Source: Zootoca vivipara (taxonomy: Eukaryota). From it: a stretch of 64,000 nt of DNA. The stretch is taken from positions 22,382,001 to 22,446,000 of the forward strand of contig NC_083276.1 in NCBI RefSeq assembly GCF_963506605.1. Reading direction: 5' to 3'. The first letter of the stretch is position 1, and each line of letters opens with the position of its first letter. Under the pieces are notes generated by a model. That model was not told the origin of the DNA, did not search any database, and saw only the letters and a list, made by a program, of their open reading frames with translations. This document shows, one piece after another, positions 25,126 through 37,733 of this stretch. Position numbers and translations under genes: made by a program.

Positions 25126-27070
25126 GTAGGACAATACAGAACAACACGGAACACATTCTGTTTGTGTGTGCAGGGGGTCGGGGTGAATCCTTTGCATATA
25201 AATAAAGGTTGGAATTCAGCATCACACTCTTCCAGTCATCTTGTTTGTGCAAGTATTGCAGCTTGCCAGATGGAACAATCCTCTCTCCTCCCACCGTTTT
25301 TATTCTGGGTGTCCAACCCCCCCGCCAATGGGGGAGCAGGAGGAAGAAAGGGCAGGGCAGCCCTGTTGCACAAGGGGATGTCCTTGTGCTGGGATTTTGC
25401 TGGTTGGTTAGATGAATTCTGCTCATAGCTTGATTTTTTTGGGGGGGTGGTTATCATACTCCAGTTTATATTTCATGTGAGGTTTGTGTGGCTATATTTT
25501 TGCTTACCATGTTAGTTGCTTTTCTGTTATGGGTGTGGTGTATGTGCATTGGACTGGCTTGATTTCTTTATTTAAGTGGAAAGAATCTGAGCTGTTCCAC
25601 TTGAGTGACCTTCAAGATAGTAAACAAAAATGAAGTTTGGGTTGTATCCAATCGTGGCATTCTGCTGACAGAGGGCTCTTTGATTCAGCAGAGGCTTCCA
25701 TTAGTTGAGATTGTAGGGCAACGGTTTTCTTTGATTTTCCCCCTTCCCTTTTCTTCGTCCCCCCTGCATGCCCAATCTGCTCCAAGAAGACATGAAAATC
25801 TTGAGTGAGTGAAACTCAGTCGTTGAAGTACAGTACAAGTAGCAGAAATTCTGATTTGCTTTCAGTAAAAAGAGAGGATTCACCCAGCTTTGCAAGGCAA
25901 AATGAGAATCTTGAGAGTAGAAACTTTGTTTTTTTTTTCTCCTGGTAGTACTTTGCAACTTTCTACTGCTACATTCCTGTCAAGTAAATGAAAAGATACA
26001 GTGACATTATGCCGCAGCAAGGCATATCAGAATAATATTCCATCCTGTATGATGCTATCAGATCAGCAAGGTCCCCCATGCAGTGTATCACATTTCTCTT
26101 TTCAAATTCTGTAAAAGCCAGCATGTAATAGCTCTGGCCCCGCTGTGAGTTAACAACCTCCATGTTGCGCTCTCTTTATGCCAGGTGAGAACTGACTTGG
26201 AGTAAATGCTTGCATATGCGCCCAGCTCGACTTCAGCAGTCTTGCAGATGTCATTCACTGTCAGACTTCAAATGTGTGATCCAAGATGAGACAAACATTT
26301 ACGTTCTGCATAAAGGCTGAATTTTATGGCTTCCCCTCCGTCCCTTCAAAATGTTGATTCATTTAAGCACATAAAGCAGGCAAATGAGGCAGAGGGGAAA
26401 ATATAACCTACCAGTTATGGATTATGCACTTATTATAAGACAAACTCACTGATAATTGGGTCCCCTCCCATTTGAGATTTGGCACATTGAAAAGTGACGT
26501 TTCATACATCAGCTTTCCTAAAATGTTTAGAAAGGATCCATGCTGTCATTGGTACACATAATTACAAGCTGTGACTCTATAGACCTGGTTGCTCCCCTCA
26601 TTACCACTACATTTACTTGTGGGGTGGCAAGTCATATTCAGCCTTATGAATGTTAGAAGAGTTGTTCTGGATAAGATCAAAGGCCTTGGAAGTTCACAGG
26701 AAGAACAGAGCAACAGCCTGCTCCCAGTTCCTTTGCAACTGATGATCAGAAACATATTGCCTCTGATCCTGGGGGTAATATATAGCCATCACGACTACTA
26801 GCCATTGGTACTCCTATGTCTAGTCTACTTTTAAAGCCGTAAAAGTTGGTGGCCATCACCATGTTTTGTGGCTGCAAATTCTGTGGTTTGTCTGCAGTTT
26901 GCGCCATGACCCTCCAGCAGGTAGAGAGAAGAAGAAAACACAGGAAGTAGAATGGCTGTGCAGATGGTGTCGTTATCAGAGAGGGTTACAACATTGCATA
27001 TATCCTCGCCCAACTTATCAGTGTGTCTTACTGAGGCTGAATGAAGCTAGGGATGCTACTAAATGATGTA

Positions 27071-30000
27071 CCGTGTTTCTCATATTTTAAGGCATCCCCA
27101 AAAAATAAGCCATGACAGGATTTCTAAGGGTTGGTGAAAAATAAGACATACCCCGAAAATAAGCCATGTCGTGTAGCCCCGACCGAGCGAGAGGCGAAGG
27201 CGCGGGACCCAGCAGGAGCTCCCTGCCTGCTTCCCCGAGCCGTCGCGCATCGGGGGACAGAGCCGAAGATCGGAGGGCGCTCCTTGCTGGGCTTGACAAG
27301 CCCGGCAAACAGCGCCCGCCGATCTTCGGACCTGTGCTGTGTGACAGGCAGGGGTGGGGGGAAGCGGAGATCGTTCTCCGCTCTCCCCCCACCCCCGCCT
27401 GTCACCAAAGATCGGCGGGCGCTCCTTGCTGGGCTTGACAAGCCCGGCAAACAGCGCCCGCCGATCTTCGGACCTGTCCTGTGTGACAGGCGGGGGTGGG
27501 GGGGGGGAAGCGGAGATCGTTCTCCGCTCTCCCCCCACCCCCGCCTGTCACCAAAGATCGGCGGGCGCTGTTTGCTGGGCTTGACAAGCCCGGCAAACAG
27601 CGCCCGCCGATCTTCGGACCTGTCCTGTGTGACAGGCGGGGGTGGGGGGGAAGCGGAGATCGTTCTCCGCTCTCCCCCCACCCCCGCCTGTCACCAAAGA
27701 TCGGCGGGCACTGTTTGCTGGGCTTGACAAGCCCGGCAAACAGCGCCCGCCGATCTTCGGACCTGTCCTGTGTGACAGGTGGGGGTGGGGGGGGAAGCGG
27801 AGATCGTTCTCTGCTCTCCGCCCACCCCCGCCTGTCACCGAAGATCGGCGGGCGCTCCTAGCTGGGCTTGACAAGCCCGGCAAACAGCGCCCGCCGATCT
27901 TCGGCCCTGTGCTGTGTGACAGGCGGGGGTGGGGGGGAAGCGGAGATCGTTCTCCGCTCTCCCCCCACCCCCGCCTGTCACCAAAGATCGGCGGGCGCTC
28001 CTTGCTGGGCTTGACAAGCCCGGCAAACAGCGCCCGCCGACCTGTGCTGTGTGACAGGCGGGGGTGGGGGAGAAGCGGAGATCGTTCTCCGCTCTCCGCC
28101 CACCCCCGCCTGTCACCAAAGATCGGCGGGCGCTCCTTGCTGGGCTTGACAAGCCCGGCAAACAGCACCCGCCGACCTGTGCTGTGTGACAGGCGGGGGT
28201 GGGGGAGAAGCGGAGATCGTTCTCCGCTCTCCCCCCACCCCCGCCTGTCACCAAAGATCGGCGGGCACTGTTTGCTGGGCTTGACAAGCCCGGCAAACAG
28301 CGCCCGCCGATCTTCGGACCTGTCCTGTGTGACAGGTGGGGGTGGGGGGGGAAGCGGAGATCGTTCTCTGCTCTCCGCCCACCCCCGCCTGTCACCGAAG
28401 ATCGGCGGGCGCTCCTAGCTGGGCTTGACAAGCCCGGCAAACAGCGCCCGCCGATCTTCGGCCCTGTGCTGTGTGACAGGCGGGGGTGGGCGAGAAGCGG
28501 AGATCGTTCTCCGCTCTCCCCCCACCCCCGCCTGTCACCAAAGATCGGCGGGCGCTCCTTGCTGGGCTTGACAAGCCCGGCAAACAGCGCCCGCCGACCT
28601 GTGCTGTGTGACAGGCGGGGGTGGGGGAGAAGCGGAGATCGTTCTCCGCTCTCCGCCCACCCCCGCCTGTCACCAAAGATCGGCGGGCGCTCCTTGCTGG
28701 GCTTGACAAGCCCGGCAAACAGCACCCGCCGACCTGTGCTGTGTGACAGGCGGGGGTGGGGGGGGAAGCGGAGATCGTTCTCTGCTCTCCGCCCACCCCC
28801 GCCTGTCACCGAAGATCGGCGGGCGCTCCTAGCTGGGCTTGACAAGCCCGGCAAACAGCGCCCGCCGATCTTCGGCCCTGTGCTGTGTGACAGGCGGGGG
28901 TGGGCGAGAAGCGGAGATCGTTCTCCGCTCTCCCCCCACCCCCGCCTGTCACCAAAGATCGGCGGGCGCTCCTTGCTGGGCTTGACAAGCCCGGCAAACA
29001 GCGCCCGCCGATCTTCGGACCTGTCCTGTGTGACAGGCGGGGGTGGGGGGGAAGCGGAGATCGTGCTCCGCTCTCCCCCCACCCCCGCCTGTCACCAAAG
29101 ATCGGCGGGCGCTCCTTGCTGGGCTTGACAAGCCCGGCAAACAGCGCCCGCCGATCTTCGGACCTGTCCTGTGTGACAGGCGGGGGTGGGGGGGGAAGCG
29201 GAGATCGTTCTCCGCTCTCCCCCCACCCCCGCCTGTCACCAAAGATCGGCGGGCGCTCCTTGCTGGGCTTGACAAGCCCGGCAAACAGCGCCCGCCGATC
29301 TTCGGACCTGTCCTGTGTGACAGGCGGGGGTGGGGGGGAAGCGGAGATCGTTCTCCGCTCTCCCCCCACCCCCGCCTGTCACCAAAGATCGGCGGGCGCT
29401 CCTAGCTGGGCTTGACAAGCCCGGCAAACAGCGCCCGCCGACCTGTGCTGTGTGACAGGCGGGGGTGGGGGGGAAGCGGAGATCGTTCTCCGCTCTCCGC
29501 CCACCCCCGCCTGTCACCGAAGATCGGCGGGCGCTGTTTGCTGGGCTTGACAAGCCCGGCAAACAGCGCCTGCCGATCTTCGGACCTGTCCTGTGTGACA
29601 GGCGGGGGTGGGGGGGAAGCGGAGATCGTTCTCCGCTCTCCCCCCACCCCCGCCTGTCACCAAAGATCGGCGGGCGCTCCTTGCTGGGCTTGACAAGCCC
29701 GGCAAACAGCGCCCGCCGACCTTCGGACCTGTCCTGTGTGACAGGCGGGGGTGGGGGGGGAAGCGGAGATCGTTCTCCGCTCTCCCCCCACCCCCACCTG
29801 TCACCAAAGATCGGCGGGCGCTCCTTGCTGGGCTTGACAAGCCCGGCAAACAGCGCCTGCCGATCTTCGGACCTGTCCTGTGTGACAGGCGGGGGTGGGG
29901 GAGAAGCGGAGATCGTTCTCCGCTCTCCGCCCACCCCCGCCTGTCACCGAAGATCGGCGGGCGCTCCTAGCTGGGCTTGACAAGCCCGGCAAACAGCGCC

Positions 30001-30669
30001 CGCCGACCTGTGCTGTGTGGCAGGCGGGGTGGGGGGGAAGCGGAGATCGTTCTCCGCTCTCCGCCCACCCCCGCCTGTCACCGAAGATCGGCGGGCGCTG
30101 TTTGCTGGGCTTGACAAGCCCGGCAAACAGCGCCCGCCGATCTTCGGACCTGTCCTGTGTGACAGGCGGGGGTGGGGGGGAAGCGGAGATCGTTCTCCGC
30201 TCTCCCCCCACCCCCGCCTGTCACCAAAGATCGGCGGGCGCTCCTTGCTGGGCTTGACAAGCCCGGCAAACAGCGCCCGCCGATCTTCGGACCTGTCCTG
30301 TGTGACAGGGGGGGTGGGGGGGAAGCGGAGATCGTGCTCCGCTCTCCCCCCACCCCCGCCTGTCACCAAAGATCGGCGGGCGCTGTTTGCTGGGCTTGAC
30401 AAGCCCGGCAAACAGCGCCCGCCGATCTTCGGCCCTGTGCTGTGTGACAGGCGGGGGTGGGGGAGAAGCGGAGATCGTTCTCCGCTCTCCCCCCATCCCC
30501 GCCTGTCACCGAAGATCGGCGGGCGCTCCTTGCTGGGCTTGACAAGCCCGGCAAACAGCGCCCGCGTGCACTTTATTAAAAAATAAGACATCCCTCAAAA
30601 ATAAGCCATGTCGTGTTTTTTTGAAGAAAAAATTAATATAAGACATGACTTATAATATGAGAAACACGG
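27071..30669. mobile_element. Non-autonomous Tc2-like DNA transposon with palindromic tandem array, copy 2 (3599 bp), same orientation as copy 1
   Basis: TA at 27069-70 and 30670-71. Same TIRs as copy 1. Non-array ends almost identical to copy 1. Flanks unrelated to those of copy 1. Confidence 0.92.
27263..30565. repeat. GC-rich tandem array, ~23.5 units of 134-146 bp
   Basis: 24 cttgacaag hairpin centres counted. Confidence 0.95.
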
Positions 30670-30931
30670 TATTAAGTGTATTAAGTTTAATCAGAGCTCT
30701 AAAGCAAGGTTTAGGGGCATCGCAGAGTTCATTTTATGACTGGTTAACAGTTATCAGATACAGCAATGAACCAAGCGTGAAGGGCATCTCATTCTGTGCC
30801 TGCCACCCATCCTATTATGAGTGATCCGAGGTATTATAACATCTTCCTATGACCACAGCAGTAGTATGGGCAGGGCCTGTTTTTAATAAGAATACTATTT
30901 GTTGTTGATGATGATGATAGTAGTAGTAGTA

Positions 30932-31218
30932 GAAGAAGAAGAAGAAGAAGAAGAAGAAGAAGAAGAAGAAGAAGAAGAAGAGAAGAGTTTGGATTTGATA
31001 TCCCGCTTTATCACTACCCAAAGGAGTCTCAAAGCGGCTAACATTCTCCTTTCCCACCTCCCCCACAACAAACACTCTGTGAGATGAGTGAGGCTGAGAG
31101 ACTTCAAAGAAGTGTGACTAGCCCAAGGTCACCCAGCAGCTGCATGTGGAGGAGACGCGAACCCGGTTCCCCAGATTAGGAGTCTACCACTCTTAACTAC
31201 TATACCACACTGGCTCTC
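30932..31218 (-). mobile_element. Squam3-type tRNA-derived SINE with (CTT)n tail, giving ~(GAA)16 on the + strand
   Basis: Minus strand begins GAGAGCCAGTGTGGTATAGTAGTTAAGAG...GGGTTCGC. Ends ATCAAATCCAAACTCTT(CTT)n. Flanked by agtagtagtagta on both sides. Confidence 0.85.
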
Positions 31219-32115
31219 AGTAGTAGTAGTAATGATAATAATGCAGTACTACTATGTAAATAATATTTTTTCCCAGTTCCCAGTAATTTCACATTTCTGT
31301 GCACAACTTTTAATTCAGAGAACATATGTGTGGGTTTGTGCTTTAAATTAATAATGTTCCCCAAAATAAAATACCCTGTCCTCATTCAGTAGGTATCTGG
31401 GAAATGTATAGTTAAATCAATTGCTCGTCTCTAAATTTTAAAAGTTGGTTTCAGTCATATCTAAGTCTACGAATTGTATTTTGATTAAGTAAAAAGTGGA
31501 TTACAGTTGTTGCTGTTGCTGATAGAATCAGTAGGCTCGGAAGCAGGCTTTTTCATCTTAAACACATTTTGAAGCTATTTCCCCATTCTGTATTTGCAAA
31601 ATGTTCTGCTTATCTGAGTTTCCAGAGTGCTGATTTGAGCAGTGCAGTGATAGTTTCCTTTTACACCTAATTTCAGCATGATATTTTATGTGCGCACAAT
31701 TGCAGTAATATGTTTAAACCTTCAAACTTCTGCAGCTTGCTTGATGTCAGCACAGAATCTAATCATGTTTGGCCAGTGCTTTTCTGATGAGCTTGATGCA
31801 CCCTTGGCTAAAAATATTTTTTAGTAGTGATTATCCTGGAGAGCAGTGTGCATTTTGACCTGCAATGAACCAGAGAAGTTACTGTACATAATTTTCAAAT
31901 GACATAATTTGTTAGCTGTTTCAGTTTCCCTGCTTCTTACTAAGTCAGTTAGGGTCCAGTTGTAACATTGCTTTTTCTGCCTTGAGTTTAGAACTGATGA
32001 CTTTAAAAAAAATAATCTAAGAACTCGGTTATTAAAAAGTAAAACACAATTAATTCCCTGGCTGTGGAATATATAAGAAAAGAACTTTCCTGCATCACAT
32101 GAATTAATAATCACC

Positions 32116-32192
32116 GGTAAAGGTAAAGAACCCCTGGATGGTTAAGTCAGTCAAATTTGACTTTGGGGTGTGGCGCTCATCACCGCTTTCAG
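32116..32192 (-). mobile_element. Sauria SINE 3' fragment
   Basis: ggtaaaggtaaag tail and ggggtgtggcgctcatc are reverse complements of 12032-12090. Confidence 0.7.
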
Positions 32193-33143
32193 TGCTGAAA
32201 TGCTTTTGTGTACCTGTGCTTAATGAAAATTGGGGTGGCTCAGGGTTGTATGGTGGCAGTGGCAACAAGTGGTCGGTCTCAATATGCAGTTATTGTACCT
32301 TCTCTGCGAGGTCAGTCAAGATTCAGAACCAGTTGTGCAGTGGTTGGTATACCAACCGAATCCCTATTACTGACTACACACCCTTATAATGGACAGTGTC
32401 TGAGTGTGCATAGCAAATAACAAACCATCCTTATGGACTACAACAGCTCGTGTTTCTCACCCATTAATGCTCCTGCCTGGGCTGCCCAGCTGGAAGCAAT
32501 TGAGACCTGTGCTAGCCAGCCGAGCCTCCACAAGAGGTTATTTACCTTCAGCTTCATTTTCTTCCTCACTGACGTTTGGCACAGCATTGTTCATGTATCA
32601 AGGAAGTAATTAATAGAGCTGTTTCCAGGAAATGTGTGCTGACTGATGTAATAGTTATTGGTTGATAAAATGGACTAAGGAAGGTCCCTTCTGTTTCCTG
32701 TGGATTACTGTAATTGCATCATTGCACAAGGAATTAGCTGTGTTGGTGTCTTTCAGAGTTTGGGGGGGGTTTTTTGCACCATTTTAACAGCAGCCAGACA
32801 AAGAAAGGAAATAGTTTCATTCTGTATATAGAACACATTGCTTAAAAAAATGGATTTAGACGTTTCACCGAAAGGAAATGTTGAGTGAGTTCAGATTCAA
32901 AACCAGGAAGCCATTTTCCAGCTTAGTGAAGAAACGAGGATTTCTAACACTTTGAAAACCAGATCACTAGGGATGTCAGCAGTGTTGATGCAACAAGAGC
33001 AGTAAGCAGAATTGCACCCCTATAGAAAGGGATGAATAGTATTTGCTTTTAACTGAGCAGCACCAAATCCCAGGTCTGATATTTACTTCTGGTGCAATTA
33101 TAACATCATCCATATAGTCATGCCTCACCATTTTGTCACTATA

Positions 33144-33379
33144 CAATCATACCTTGGAAGTCGAACGGAATCCGTTCAGGAAGTCCGTTTGACTTCCAAA
33201 ATGTTCGAAAACCAAAGTATGGCTTCTGATTGGCTGCAGGAAGCTCCTGCAGCCAATCAGAAGGCACGGAACCCACATCGGATGTTCGGCTTCCCAAAGA
33301 ACATTCTAAAACTGGAACGCTCACTTCTGGGTTTTTTATTGCTCGGGAGCAGATTTGTTTGGGAGCCAAGGTACGACTA
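33144..33379 (-). mobile_element. Tigger/pogo-like MITE, same family as 10945 and 43099
   Basis: TA+caatcataccttgg ... ccaaggtacgact; internal palindrome ttctgattggctgcagga/tcctgcagccaatcagaa. Confidence 0.85.
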
Positions 33380-33921
33380 TTGTCAAAATAAGAACGAAAT
33401 AATTTCCTTTTCCTGAGCTGACACTTTTCCTGAGCTGACACATTCATAAAGTGGAAGACATTCCATAAATATGTGTAGTCATTGCATTTTCTTCCGACAT
33501 GCATCCCTGTCTTGATTTCCCTCTCATCCCTCTGTTGTTTTCCTTGTGTCTGTTTTTAGATTGTAAACCCCTTGGGGGAGGGGTCCGTCATCTCATTCTG
33601 TGAAAGTCATTCATGGAAAGACTTCTTTTTTTAAGCTAGGTCTCTCAGATCCGCCAAGTGGAGCCAATCATTTTCATCCCACGAGTGACTCAGTAGAGCA
33701 GACGTCCACTCACAATTAAATAAGTGCTTTGAAGTGATCTGAACCATAGTGTGAAAATACTTTAATCAGCATGAAATGCAGTGGTTTTTTTATATGATAT
33801 ATGGGTTGTCTATCCCGTTGGTACACATAGCACTGAGCTCTGTATATGAAGAGCTGTACAGTAAGCTAAACATTCCCTTTTAAAGCCTTAAATGACAAAT
33901 GCCTTGCATTGTTTCCTACAG

Positions 33922-34019
33922 CGATTCTGGACGGGGCAGCAGTTTGTTAGACAGAGCCATTGCCGACAGGCGACAACTTAGTACAATTACTTTGCCAGAC
34001 TTCAGTGACCCTGAAACAG
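33922..34019 (+). CDS. TTC7B: TTC7B exon (~17), 98 bp
   Basis: tacag|C GAT TCT GGA...ACA G|gtgagg; DSGRGSSLLDRAIADRRQLSTITLPDFSDPET. Confidence 0.95.
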
Positions 34020-34160
34020 GTGAGGATTACTGTCTACAACAATAAAGTGTCAGAAACAATATGTGTTGTCTGCTAGATACTTTAATCTAAAACCTGTCAA
34101 AGCAATTGAAGCAAGATAGAAATTTGCTGCATAATATTTATTGATTTTATGTTTAGTTTC

Positions 34161-34165
<5 letters not shown>

Positions 34166-34201
<36 letters not shown>
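34166..34201. repeat. (AC)18 microsatellite
   Basis: Seen directly. Confidence 0.95.
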
Positions 34202-34205
<4 letters not shown>

Positions 34206-35460
34206 TTTATACATATGCAATAAAAGTTCAGGCACATATTCTAGGTGTTCTGTGTTAGCCCTCTCCTGTGTTAAATGCTTAACATAAACATCCATGTATA
34301 CTAAGGGCCAAAAGTTCATAATCCAAACTTTGCACCTTGGGCTACAATCCTCTGCATTGTTACTGAAGAGTAATTCCTATTGCAGGGGTGGCTAATTCCA
34401 ATCCCCGTCAGCCCCGACCAGCATGGCCATGGATGATGGGATTTGTAGTCCAGCCTCACATGTAGAGCCAAAAGCACAGAATTCCTTGGGGCATAGTATC
34501 AAGTAAACACAGGACTGGATGGTACAGACATCTTCACACATTTGTTTTTAGGCGTATTTTTCAGAGTCTGATATAAAAGGGTGAATGTGGGAAGCAGATG
34601 TTTGAAAATCATATCTCTCCCACAAGTACATTCATGATGGAACCAGCTACATCAGCTCATGAAGTCTTTAAGTTCAGGCAGAGCCCTATTTTGTTTTTGT
34701 TTTACACCTGTAAGCCCTTCTACACACCTAAAGATGTTTTCGCTGCATTATGTAAACAATATTGAAGAACAAAGTTTTAATATATTTTTTACAATATAAA
34801 CTAATGTAAGCAGTTCCACTCATCATAAGTAGATTTCCTTCACGACTTCCAATGTGTTTATTTTTAGTTTACTGGCTCATTGAAAGCATACTTCATTTAA
34901 GGGATGGGCACATAATGTAATGGGGACACGTTTAACAAAAAAATTAAATATTTTTCAATATGCCAAGTCATTAGCCTATCATTGAAAAGAGGGCTAAATT
35001 AAATTGCATAATTTATCCATATTGGTCCTTACTATATCTCTGTGCAGTCTCTTTCTTACGCCCATTTGTTTTCATTAGCATATAAAACCACTTTAGATCT
35101 TCGCAAGCCATACAGTGTTGCCATAACAGCTAAGAGTAAAGTTTTCATATTAAATTTCTGGTGTTCTGAATGAAGATACCCAATCTACTATCTGTCTCCT
35201 ATTTTCTTTTTCTTTCCAATTGGGTATTGGCAATGAGGTGCGTTTCCCAGTCTTCACGTTGCAATTGAAATGTTTTGTGTTGTTATTTACATGAGTTGTT
35301 ATTTAGGCAGGCTTCAGTGCTAAAATTTCACAAGCTCTTTACAGGCAATATAGTGGAATTCCACAGTGGTGGAATCAGGCCACACTAACTGGGCCCATCT
35401 CTTGCCGCTCTGGACCTCTCTGATATTAAAGCAATGATTTCACGTTCAGTTACGGACCTT

Positions 35461-35470
35461 TGCACGCGCG

Positions 35471-35518
<48 letters not shown>
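35461..35518. repeat. Compound (CG)7(CA)20 microsatellite
   Basis: 58 bp of uninterrupted purine-pyrimidine alternation. Confidence 0.95.
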
Positions 35519-35522
<4 letters not shown>

Positions 35523-35614
35523 TTTGATGTCCAATGTCCAAATGTCAGGCAAGTTTGGAGGCTGGGACTGGGAAGATGGCAGGGTTGGTTGAGGGAGGAA
35601 TTGCACAGTAGAAG

Positions 35615-35880
35615 ATAGAATCATAGAATCATAGAGTTGGAAGAGACCACAAGGGCCATCCAGTCCAACCCCCTGCCAAGCAGGAAACACCATCAAAGCA
35701 TTCTTGACATATGGCTGTCAAGCCTCTGCTTAAAGACCTCCAAAGAAGGAGACTCCACCACACTCCTTGGTAGCAAATTCCACTGCCGAACAGCTCTTAC
35801 TGTCAGGAAGTTCTTCCTAATGTTTAGGTGGAATCTTCTTTCTTGAAGTTTGAATCCATTGCTCCATGTCCGCTTCTCTG
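35615..35880 (-). mobile_element. CR1 LINE 3' end
   Basis: (ATTCTATG)n tail on the minus strand, ggggttggactggatg motif, and coding remnant (LNIRKNFLTVRAVRQWNLLPRSVVESPSLEVFKQRLD). Confidence 0.9.
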
Positions 35881-35964
35881 ATGAAAGAGCTACAGGGACT
35901 GGTCAAAACAGGACCTTCAGCATGCAAAGCAGATGTTCTACAACAGTGTTACAGCCCCTCCCCA

Positions 35965-36146
35965 AGGGGAGAGGGTGGGCTCTGAATTTCCTGTGAGCAA
36001 ACATGTCCTTATCTGGCATTGAGAGGTAGGAGTTGAAGATAACCCTAACCAAAATGCTGAAGAACTGCAGGCAGTTAGTGTAGTGACAATACTGAACTAG
36101 ATGGACCAGTGGTCTGACTCTGTATAAGGTAAATTTCTATGTTCCC
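35965..36146 (+). mobile_element. Degraded SINE with CR1-like tail, head-to-head with a minus-strand tRNA-like SINE head at ~35895-35962
   Basis: gacaatactgaactagatggaccagtggtctgactctgtataagg...ctatgttcc terminus. Confidence 0.6.
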
Positions 36147-36527
36147 CCAGGCCAGAGGACAGTAGACCATGCGTTAAAAGTCAGCATGGCCTTCGCTTTT
36201 TTCTTTGCAATCTTTTAAACTGGTCCAGATTCCTCCCACCCACCTTATAACCATGCCCTTCATCCGATTTTCAGAGTCAACAGTCCTTTTCTGGATCTAG
36301 GTACAACAAAGCCAGATCATAGTTTAGAGGCAAGTTTAGACTGCAAGCATCGATGGACCTTATTCTGACTCTCTTTTTTTAGACTATGGGCTGCTAATCT
36401 GGTTTTAGGACAGAACTGAAGATTAAGTTTTATTTGTTTTCAACCTACCTATGCTTATGTGTCAAAGGCTGCTTTGATAGTGGCTCTGGCAAGCTGCCCA
36501 CCTGGAACAAACTCCTGCTTGTGCTTA

Positions 36528-36853
36528 CAGTGGAACCTTGGTTTATGAACACCTTGGTTTACGAATTTTCGGTTTACGAATTTTCTGGAACGGATTAATT
36601 CACTTTCCATTACTTTCAATGGGAAAGTTCGCTTCAGTTTATGAACGCTTCAGTTTATGAACAGACTTCTGGAACCAATTACACCCATGCTTCAGGTTAA
36701 GTACGCTTCAGGTTGAGTACTCTGCAGACCATCTGGAACAGATTAATCCACTTTCCATTACTTTCAATGGGAAAGTTCGCTTCAGTTTATGAACGCTTCA
36801 GTTTATGAACAGACGTCCGGAACCAATTGTGTCCATAAACCGAGGTACCACTG
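36528..36853. mobile_element. Tigger-like MITE with internal 148-bp-period duplication
   Basis: TA|CAGTGGAACCTTGGTTTATG ... CATAAACCGAGGTACCACTG|TA; 36584-36680 repeated at 36732-36828. Confidence 0.9.
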
Positions 36854-37733
36854 TATTTTAGCAAGCTAGCCACTCTTTAAGCACTTTTCTTCTGGTCTTC
36901 ATTGAGGCTTCAGGGACCTCCCAAGACGGAGGTTCAAATGTAAAAGTTGATCCTTGATGGCTTGCTCCATCCACGCATGAACTGCAAAATAGCCACATCT
37001 CCTGCTGCTTCATCAGTACTGGAATTTTTTTGTTTTACTGAAGAGAAAAAAGAGAAGTATGAGAGTTTGTAACTACATCAGAGCTTATACACAATTTACC
37101 AGTTGTTTCATAGATCTCTTCTTTAAAACAATTAACTGTGACTGCAGTCTGCAAAATGTTATCCGGCAGAGCTGTTTTCAGTGGTGTACAAGCTAGCATA
37201 CCCAGGCTGTCTCCACCCACTCATTCTCTACCAGCTCTGACAAGTTTTCCCGCCTCCTTTTCAAGCAAAATGGCTCATCTAGAGCAGGAGGAAGTCTAGT
37301 TCCACTACAGAATTCGAATTATAGGGAGGATTTTGGAGTTACTTTGAAGCAACTCTTTATTTTGAGGCCTTGCCTGGCTTATTTACATAAAAGGGGATAA
37401 TCCTTTATATGCCTCTGTAAATTCTCGGGAGGAAGAACTGGATTTAATAAAAATAAATACACACATTGCCTTTGGTATTGTCAAGGGACGGTGTGAGCAA
37501 CAAATTGTTGAGTCGCACCTGAGCACATGAACCAGGATGCTTTGCCAGTGGAATGACACCAGGATCTCCTTCCTTTCATGGAATAGGGTGATGAATCGGA
37601 CCTTCTGCCTGCTGTCATTCAAGGATTTATTTATCTTTTAAATGAAGTTCATTATCACTTACCTAGACAGTTTGTGTTTTATTTCTAACTTGGATAAGCA
37701 TTTAGCAGCTTCAGGCTCTCAGGTTTTAGGACA

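Noticed and set aside
27263-30565. CRISPR-like or REP/BIME-like appearance, or bacterial contamination
   Set aside because: No unique spacers and no cas genes. The arrays sit inside TIR/TA boundaries within introns of a vertebrate gene.
27071-30669. Segmental duplication or assembly duplicate of 4587-7160
   Set aside because: Homology stops exactly at the TA dinucleotides, and unit number and order differ.
30815-31107. Poly-E, poly-F and poly-S ORFs
   Set aside because: Translations of the GAA/TAG microsatellites.
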